Shown: piece after piece, positions 55,960-64,000 of the stretch
Numbering within the stretch: position 1 is the first letter of the stretch
Layout of the letters: each line of letters starts with the position of its first letter
Assembly (NCBI GenBank): GCA_012862495.1
Contig: BLSG01000216.1
Coordinates: 295,649-359,648 of the forward strand
Direction: 5' to 3'
From: Thraustochytrium aureum
Lineage: Eukaryota
DNA length: 64,000 bases
Made by a program: the position numbers and the translations under genes
The notes under the pieces: generated by a model
Seen by the model: only the letters and a program-made list of their open reading frames with translations
The model's database searches: none
What the model was told of the DNA's origin: nothing

Positions 55960-57612
55960 TACGCACCGCGTGATGGACGCGGGTAAGGCGGTGTGGGAGG
56001 GCGTGTGGTGCATGAGGGAGTGCGACCTGGACAACGCGCTCCTGACAGCACCGTTTAGATACGAGCGGACTGGGCCAGCTCCGGAAGAGGGCGCAGAGGC
56101 CGCCGCGAAGGGCCTACAAGACGGTCTGTACAGTGGCCACTTTGTTGTCGCGACCGCAGGCTCGGCGGGGGCGGCGGGGCGCCCGTCTCCACGCGATTCA
56201 GCGAGCGCGAGGTGCTAATCCAGTTCCGCGAGGGCCCCGATGAGGCCATCGTGCAAGTCAAGGGCTCTGGCTCCAACAAGTTGGGCAAGTTTATCCTGCG
56301 GGGCACATTGGAGAGGGCCACCGGCATCATGAAGGTCGAGCGCGAGTACGCAACGCGCAAGAAAAGGGCCAAGAGCCAGCGGAGCCAGGCACGCGTCCAG
56401 CGCGAACTCGGCCTCTTGCAAGGAGGCCAGACCGGCGCTAGCGTCTTGAGGGCCGCCGTTGCGACGCCCCAGCCAGGTGCCAGCGCTTCCGCCCCACGCG
56501 AGGCCCTCGACGCCAAGACGATGCGCAACATGGGCGTCTTGCTTTCCAAGCTCGCAGTGGTGCTCGAAGACCTCATGCAGGCCGACTCGCTAAAGTGGTT
56601 CTGCCAGCCTGTGAACGCCGAGGCTCTCGGCCTCCTCGACTACCACGATATCATCGCGAGACCCATGGACCTCGGCACCGTGAAAGCGCGCTTCAACGAC
56701 AACGAGTACGGGACGCCCCAGGAGATGCGCGATGACATCGAGCTGACCTTCAGCAACGCGATCCACTACAACGCGAGGGGATCGAACGTGTACAAAAAGG
56801 CCGTCGAGCTGCAAAATCTCTTCGCCGAACGGTACCAGGAGCTCATGGCCGAGCCTGTCGCCAGCGAGATCAGCACGCCTTCGGCGCCTGCCTCGTTTCG
56901 CCGCATCGGCAAGCGCCACTCGATCCCCAAGATCCACTTTGAGCCGCAGCAACACTCAAAGTTCCACTCTGATTCGACGCATCGGGTCAGCCCCTCTGGG
57001 TCTGCCGCCGCCACCGACGACGCCGAATCCGAGGCCGACGCCTTCGACTTGCCCTCGCGCAAACGCCGCAAACGGAGCATTGTCTCGTCTTCGTCATCAC
57101 CGCGGCAGACCAGCGCGCAGAGCGCCGAGGTCGAGCGCCTGCGTCGCCAAGTGCAGCAGATGTCAGCGCATCTGAACAAGCTCAATTCCTCCATGGTCGG
57201 CACCTCTGCGGCCTTCGAGGCCGGCGCCCTGGCTGGCTTTGGTGTCTATGGCGACGAGTTCTTCCCCCCTGCCTTTGATCTAGACCCGGACTTTGACCCT
57301 GTTTTGGCGCAGCCGCCGCCCCGGCGCCAGAAGCGCGAGGCCTCGTACGACTCTAAGCGTCGCCTCGGCCGCGACATCCACCTCCTGCCTGGCGACAAGC
57401 TCTCGCGCGTTGTGGAGATTATTGAGGAGAGCGGCATGGCCCTCCCTGTGAATGCTCTGACTGGCGAGGTTGAGCTAGACATTGACTCGCTCGACTACGA
57501 CACCATCCAACGGCTGCGAAAGTATGTTACGCGCCACTTGCCGGCTGCTGCGGCCGCCCACAACGAAGAGCTGCGCCGTTCGGCAGCGTCGCGTGGGGCC
57601 GTGCGCCCGTGA
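55960..57612 (+). CDS. BET/GTE-like protein: N-terminal unknown domain + bromodomain + ET domain; -1 frameshift ~56170; start uncertain (gap)
   Basis: WFCQPVNAEALGLLDYHDIIARPMDLGTVK, LTFSNAIHYN. ET domain SYDSKRRLGRDIHLLPGDKLSRVVEII..ELDIDSLDYDTIQRLRKYV. Confidence 0.92.
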
Positions 57613-57911
57613 CGCAACTCTGTATTTGCGCTGCCGGTGCTGGCACCACCTCGCTCGCGCCGTCTTGCGCGCTGTCCCAGACCAAGCCGTGAACGTTGAA
57701 AGCACCGACTTCTCCGCTGTATGCTTGAGGAGCGGAAACAGCAACGTACTGGCATGAGTAGGTATCGCCCACCGAAACCTGCACAAGCCTCGATTCTCGT
57801 TTTGTTGAGGCGCTATTTGGTAAACCCGCTCCTCCGCATGGTGGAGGAGAGTTAGCGAGTTCTCTCAACGAGCGCTCGTTTGGCGGGCTCGGGCGCCCAT
57901 GCTCACTCTAT

Positions 57912-57972
57912 CATGCCAGGCGCCAGGCCATGCCAGGCGCCACGCCATGCCAGGCGCCATGCCATGCCAGGC
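57912..57972. repeat. Short tandem repeat with a CATGCCAGGC core, about 17-bp period, 4 copies
   Basis: catgccaggcgccaggc catgccaggcgccacgc catgccaggcgccatgc catgccaggc. Confidence 0.85.
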
Positions 57973-58281
57973 ACGAGTTGATCGTTCCCTTGCAAGCCCT
58001 CCTTGCGTCAATGACCCCGAACGTTCGTTCCATTCGCCAACAAACGGTCTTTGCTGCCGCGCTGGCCGCGACGCCGAGACCATCGCTCAGCACTCTGGCG
58101 GCGACAGTCGGCACCTCGCGCTCTGGAGTCAGAGACTGGGCCGAGTGCCGACGGGGCCGCTCTAAACCCGTTGCACACGCACACTGGACTGCGCGCTTTT
58201 GGCCCCCGCGGTGACCTGAACAGGCAGGTCAACCAGGGTGCGGGCCGCCACCGGCGCACCACAGCCGCCGAGGCGGGAATA

Positions 58282-61082
58282 ATGGAGCAGGAGGACTATG
58301 AACGGGAGATGCAGCTGGTTGCAGAGCTGGACCAGCTCGAACTGCAGGCGACGGCGAGCCAGCGTCGAGATATGCAGCATCGAATGCAACGCGACCTCGC
58401 GGACGGTGCACCCCAACACGGAGCCCTGCCAACACGCCGCGCCTTCGAGGAGGCAGTGGAACAGCAGCCGGCCCACGAAGAGGGCGAGGATGCGTATGGC
58501 GTACAAGACCCAGACTTGGCATTGCGGGGGACGGGCGGCATGGACGAGGATAAGAATGTTCGCGTGGCCATTCGGATTCGGCCCCCACTTCAGCATGAGC
58601 TGGAGGGACGTCAGGGCATCCCTTTTCACGCCACCACGAGGGTCTCGCCCGACCAACGCAATATCTCGCTCGTAGACCCAGCAAACGTCGACGACCGCAG
58701 CCTGAACCACGGGTTTGCGTTCGACCACGTCTTCGACACAGGCGCGTCGCAACGCCAAGTCTACGACACGACGGTGCGGCAGCTGGTTTCCTCGTGCCTC
58801 GAGGGCTACAACGCCACAATCCTGGCGTACGGGCAAACTGGGACAGGCAAAACGTACACGATGGAAGGCCCTGGGGAAGAGCGGTTCCAGGACCGCGGCA
58901 TCGTGCCCCGCGCGATCGAGCAGGTGTTTTCGCACATCCAGGAAAAAGCATCGGCGAGCAACCGGTTTCTCGTCCGCGCCTCTTACCTGCAGATCTACAA
59001 CGACGTTATCTACGACTTGCTCAAGCCCGACAACCAAAACCTTCAGATCCGCGAGGACGACAAGGCCAAGCAGAACAACCGAGGCGTCTACGTGGATGGA
59101 CTTTCCGAATGGGTGGTGCGGTCCCCGCAGGAGATCTTCAAGCTCATGGCTTCCGGGGCCGCGTTGCGCGCCACAGGGAAAACCAAGCTCAACGAGCTCA
59201 GTAGCCGCAGTCACGCCATCCTCAAGCTCATCATCGAGCAGTGCGAGACGAGCTTTGTCGACCCAACCGGCCGCAGCATCAGCGCCGAAGCCTTTGAAGC
59301 CCTCCTACAGTCCGAGGCCCTCGGGGGGGCAACCGCGGCGGAGACGTCCAGGCTCATTCGGCAGCGCTTTCGCATCGCCAAGCTCAACCTCGTCGACCTC
59401 GCTGGTTCGGAGCGCGTCCGCGTCTCCGGCGCAACCGGGCAGCGACTCGAAGAGAGCAAGAGGATCAATCGGTCTCTCTCTGCTCTGGGCAACGTGATCA
59501 GCGCGCTGACGGACCGCCGGAGCCGCGCGCACATCCCGTACCGCGACTCCAAGCTGACGCGGATACTGGAGGACAGCCTTGGCGGCAATTGCAAGACTGC
59601 GATGATCGCCATGGTGTCGCCCGCGCTCGATGCGTTTTCCGAGACCCTCTCCACGCTAAAGTTTGCCAACCGCGCCAAGTCGATGCAAAACCGCGCCTTC
59701 GTGAATGAAGACGTCGACAAGAACTCGCTCTTGCGCAAGTACGAGCGCGAGCTCAAGCGGCTTCGCAAAGAGCTTCGGCAGCGCAGCCAATCGGTTGTCG
59801 ACCAGCGCGTCGTGCTCGAGCTAGAGGACCAAAAACGTCGCGCAGAGGAGGACAAGATGGCCGCGCTGCGCGCGCTCGAGTCGCGCTCGTTCGAGTTTAT
59901 GCGCGAAAAGCAGGCCAAGCGCAAACTAGAGGAGCGGATCTCCGAGCTCGAGTCGCGCATGCTCGTTGGGGGCCACCTGAACGAGCAGCGGCTGCAGGAG
60001 ATGCCCCAATTCCGCATGGCCATAAACGAGCACCGCGAAAAGATTCGCAAAGAGTACGAGCTAAAGATGGACGAGCTCGACAAGGAGCGCCAGCAGATGA
60101 GGCGCAGCGCGCGCAGGTGGACCGATACAAGCAACTGCTCTTAAAGCAGCGCGATATCATGGTCGCGCTCACACACCGACTCAATGAGCGCGACGACCAG
60201 ATTGTAGCCTTGCAGGACGAGCTCGACGAGTTGGACAAGGCGCAAAACGACACCCAAGAGCTCCTCGATAACAAGACCTCGCAGCTCATTCACTTCCAGC
60301 GCGTAAGCATGGAGCTCGAGGAGCGCCTCGCCGAGGCCGAAAAGGCCGCGCGCAGCGCGGAGTCCAAACTCGAGGCGGCCAACGACCAGGCCCGAGCGCA
60401 AGCTTCAGCCGCGAACAACACATNNNNNNNNNNNNNNNNNNNNNNNNNNNNNNNNNNNNNNNNNNNNNNNNNNNNNNNNNNNNNNNNNNNNNNNNNNNNN
60501 NNNNNNNNNNNNNNNNNNNNNNNNNNNNNNNNNNNNNNNNNNNNNNNNNNNNNNNNNNNNNNNNNNNNNNNNNNNNNNNNNNNNNNNNNNNNNNNNNNNN
60601 NNNNNNNNNNNNNNNNNNNNNNNNNNNNNNNNNNNNNNNNNNNNNNNNNNNNNNNNNNNNNNNNNNNNNNNNNNNNNNNNNNNNCCAAGGACGCGCGGGT
60701 TCGCCAACTCGAGGAGGAAAACCGAGAGCTGCGCTCGTTGGGACTGGGCGGGTCCGTGTCGTCCTCGACCTCGTCCTCGTCCTCTCCGCAAGAGCCAGCG
60801 CGGGCGGACAACCACTCGCCGTCAAGCTTACGCTCCTTGCACGAGTCCAGCGGCGACCAAGCGCACCTGTTCGAAGAGCTCGACCGTCTGCGCCAGCGCT
60901 CGCTCAACCACGCCAAAGAGCAGGTCGCCATGCGCACTATTCTCGAAAAACTCAACCTCCTTGCGCTCAACGCGCTCTCCGAGCCAGATGCAGTTGCCCC
61001 GCCCGCAATGCAGCCGCTCAGGGCGCTCTCCTCGCTGGTGGCGGCGTCGCTCAATGCGCTTCAAGACGCTTCGCCGGCTTAG
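58282..61082 (+). CDS. N-terminal motor kinesin with coiled-coil tail; -1 frameshift ~60098; one N gap
   Basis: NVRVAIRIRP, FAFDHVF, GYNATILAYGQTGTGKTYTM, SYLQIYND, SSRSHAI, LNLVDLAGSER, SLSALGNVI, HIPYRDSKLTRIL, SLGGN, ETLSTLKFA. Tail VDRYKQLLLKQRDIMVALT. Confidence 0.96.
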
Positions 61083-61542
61083 AGAGCGCGACGCGGACAA
61101 CTCCTAATCAACCAACACTTGTGCATGCCTTCTCGCGTCGCTTGCAAACTCCACACCCGAGTCGTCACGGCTTGGGCGCGTCAACCGTCAACAAGGAGGT
61201 TGGCGTCAAGTGCGTCGGCACTCGCGGTGCACCACAAGTCATCACTGATCACCTGCACACCCCGCAAAAACAACTCGTACCTTGCTCGTGCCAACTCGTA
61301 TACAGTCAATTACGACGAGGACGACTCCAGGTTGAGGTGGGTGCACTTTTTGCACGTGCGGTGGATGCACTGACGCCGTGGCGCACCAGCCAAGCTTCCT
61401 GCGAGCAACGCTGCACGCGAACTGCGCGACATGACGATAGCCCCGAATCCAGCAAAGCAAGTCCCGAATTGGCTCAAGGTGACGCTCCTTGGTGACAGGC
61501 AGTCGAGTCGCGACAGGCAGAGGTCGGCCCCGAGACTTCTCG

Positions 61543-62833
61543 ATGAGGGGCCTTCTTGTAGCCGTGCTAGCCGCCGGGCATGCAGCGCACGCCGAAGCGC
61601 TCTGCTTTTGGTGGCAGTGGTGCGAGACGAGCGAGGTTGCGCAAGGGTTTGAACTCGCGGACTCGCACCCATCGTGGAACGCTGCGGACGACGACAAACT
61701 CACTGCCGTCGAACTTCAATACGAGCGCCAGATCCAGGTGCCACCGCTGCAAGGGTGGTGGAGCAAGCGCTGCTTCTCGTCGAGGCTCTTCAGCCAGGAC
61801 ATCGGTGACAAAAGGACGAAAAAAGTACCTAGGCGCCGCCGAGTATGGGCGCGTGCAAACCGTGTACGACATGGGCGACATGGTGGTCTCCGAGTGGTTC
61901 GAGCAGGGCAACGCCGCGCAGTGTGGGACCGCCGATGACGCTTGGTACAACGTGGTTTGGCAGCACTTTAAGGACGGATCGGCACCGCGCGAGCTCGTGC
62001 GGCGCAGGGGCGACGGAAACGACGACGAACGCTACGCGAGCTACCTGCCCATGCCGGAATCAAACCTTCTCTTCAAGTACGCCTGCGTTGACAACGAGGA
62101 GACCCAAGCGCCTTGCGAGGGAGAACCAGAAAGGACCTGCATCACCTCAACGCCGCGCGAAACCGACATCCCTTGCACCGTGTCCGCTCTGGACGTGACA
62201 CCGGGGCAAGAGGTCCGAGCCCTTTTCGACGTCAATATCACACTTGCGCGGCGCCTCGCGTACGGTGCGCTCGTCGCCGACTACTATCCGCACTATGCGC
62301 GGTTCGTGAGGGTCGACGGGGCCACATACATGCTGGTCAGCGACTGGACTGCCTCCGCTTTCTTAGTGAGCGCCACTGGGGAGGCCTCGGCGACGAGCCC
62401 GGCCGCGTTTTATGCGTGCGCTGTGAGCCCTCGAACGTCGAGCAGCCGCGTTCGCTCCGACGGCCAGTACCTCCTCGTCAAGAACGACGCGGTCGTCGCA
62501 GAGCAAGGGACGGTGAGTTCGTACAGCTGCCTTGGCTTCCTTGGCGACAATTCGGTGCAGCGAGTCGCATCGCAAGAGCAGCCGGGCCTCGCCGAAAGCG
62601 CCGCGTCAGAACCAAGCAATCGCCAACCGTACCCCGCGTACATCGCTGCGCTATGCGGCGTCGCGGCCGTGCTCGGAACCGCTGTCGCAGTCCGTCGCCG
62701 CCGTTCTCAAGCAGCAGCAGCAGCAGCAGCAGCTCGTATCTCGGAAGCCTCCGCGGCCCCAGCCCAAGCAGCCGGGCCTCGCGACGTCGCCGCCATCGAG
62801 TCCGGCAACCCGCTCTTCCGCGCGGAGCCCTGA
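61543..62833 (+). CDS. Predicted type I membrane protein: signal peptide, Cys/Trp-containing ectodomain, TM, short tail with NPLF; +1 frameshift ~61820
   Basis: MRGLLVAVLAAGHAAHAEA signal peptide. TM YIAALCGVAAVLGTAVAV followed by RRRR. Tail ends ESGNPLFRAEP. Confidence 0.7.
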
Positions 62834-63092
62834 CCCGCACCCCTCGCGCCCCCAGTACCTCGAGCAACCTCTTGCGCCANNNNNNNNNNNNNNNNNNNNN
62901 NNNNNNNNNNNNNNNNNNNNNNNNNNNNNNNNNNNNNNNNNNNNNNNNNNNNNNNNNNNNNNNNNNNNNNNNNNNNNNNNNNNNNNNNNNNNNNNNNNNN
63001 NNNNNNNNNNNNNNNNNNNNNNNNNNNNNNCTCTCTGGGCGCCCAGCCCCGCGCCGCCGCCCAGCAGGAGCCGCGGCCTCGGCGGCGCTCAC

Positions 63093-63290
63093 CATCCTCG
63101 TCCAGATCCCCGACATCCTCGTCCAGATCACGACATCCTCGTCCAGATCCTCGTCGTCCTCGTCCAGATCCTCGTCGTCCTCAACGCCTTGCGCTCGCGC
63201 CGCGGCAGGGCGTGCGTGGAGCAGGGCGTGCGTGGGGCACGGCGCGTGTGGGGCAGGGCGGCGTGGAGCAGGGCGTGCGTGGAGCAGGGC
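63093..63290. repeat. Two adjacent short repeat arrays (TCCTCGTCCAGATC units; GGGCGTGCGTGGAGCA units)
   Basis: Directly visible repeats at 63093-63181 and 63208-63290. Confidence 0.75.
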
Positions 63291-63299
63291 GCGGGGAGC

Positions 63300-64000
63300 A
63301 TGACGTCGAAGAGGACGCCGCTGCAGCGGCTGGGGCGGTGGCTGGCGAAGCCCGTGGTGGACTACATCAACTGGGTCAAGCCGGCGATCATGCCGATGCC
63401 AGACCCGCCAGGCACGCGATACTTGCTCAAGGGCAAGCCGATGTGGAAGATCATCAGCGAGGCCAAGGCCGGCGCCCGGCTGTACGTCGGGACGTGGAGG
63501 GATAGGGAAGCGACTGTGGCCAAGTTTGAGGAGATGCAACGCGCGTTCGAGGAGCGCGAGGCCAAGAGGGTGTACGAGGAGGCGGTGCGGGAAGCGGATC
63601 TGGAGATGGCGAACGTGGCGGCCGCGGAGGCCAAGGCTGCGCAGGACGAGCGCAAACCCAGCTCCGACGAGACGCTGACAAAGCAAGACCTTGAGGCCTT
63701 TGTACAGGGCACTCGCGGGGCAACGCAGACGCTTATTCAGACAGTGCGCGATGAGATAAAGTCAGACACGCCTACGACGATGCAGCCCGACGCCGACAAC
63801 GAGGCCCTTCGACTGGTGCGGGAAACCGTGCGGCGAGGCAAGACCAACGCTCAGTTTCTCCTTGACACCGCCAAGGAAGGCATCACTGAAGTCTCACAGG
63901 CGCAGCCTGAGAAACCCGAATCCGGCGAGACTCAGAGCGGACCGGCCGCGGACGGCAAGCAAGACCCCGACCGGCTCCTGTCACCGAACGACGCTTACCG
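63300..64000 (+). CDS. Hypothetical protein, open to window end (absent from the ORF track because it has no stop)
   Basis: Manual translation MTSKRTPLQRLGRWLAKPVVDYINWVKPAIMPMPDPPGTRYLL...EEMQRAFEEREAKRVYEEAV... has no stop for over 230 codons and a strong GC3 bias. Confidence 0.7.
   Translation, partial: MTSKRTPLQRLGRWLAKPVVDYINWVKPAIMPMPDPPGTRYLLKGKPMWKIISEAKAGARLYVGTWRDREATVAKFEEMQRAFEEREAKRVYEEAVREADLEMANVAAAEAKAAQDERKPSSDETLTKQDLEAFVQGTRGATQTLIQTVRDEIKSDTPTTMQPDADNEALRLVRETVRRGKTNAQFLLDTAKEGITEVSQAQPEKPESGETQSGPAADGKQDPDRLLSPNDAY

Noticed and set aside
889..62833. Euplotes-style or viral programmed ribosomal frameshifting as the cause of split ORFs
   Set aside because: There is no shared slippery or AAA-stop motif, shifts go in both directions and most are not at stop codons. 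Homopolymer error explains them better.
1..64000. Alternative genetic code or stop-codon reassignment
   Set aside because: TAA, TAG and TGA all end genes at expected positions, and no conserved domain requires readthrough.

Overview
Gene-dense, GC-rich, intron-poor eukaryotic nuclear DNA from a gapped draft scaffold. The organism is flagellated, since the window encodes an axonemal dynein. Gene content and style suggest a stramenopile, possibly a labyrinthulomycete or thraustochytrid (inference only). About 27 protein-coding genes are visible: FGGY kinase, two head-to-head paralogous glycosyltransferase-like genes, organellar GluRS, TMX3-like thioredoxin, a small CPI-17/PPP1R14-like protein, two lipase/esterases, a DUF402-like fragment, Rpn10, proline iminopeptidase, a kinase with three cNMP-binding domains, a LIM protein, a CAP59/GT69-like transferase, an inner-arm dynein heavy chain, EF-hand LPCAT, CARM1, cytochrome P450 reductase, PPT1, a BET bromodomain protein, a kinesin and several unknowns. 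More than 20 single-base frameshifts, mostly in short homopolymers, interrupt otherwise intact conserved genes. These are most simply sequencing errors. Four GT-AG introns can be reconstructed. The most striking observation is the 112-aa ORF at 9028-9366, which aligns in register with the animal CPI-17/PHI-1 phospho-dependent PP1 inhibitors. I recognised no rRNA, tRNA, CRISPR or clear transposon. All family assignments come from motif recognition, not database searches.
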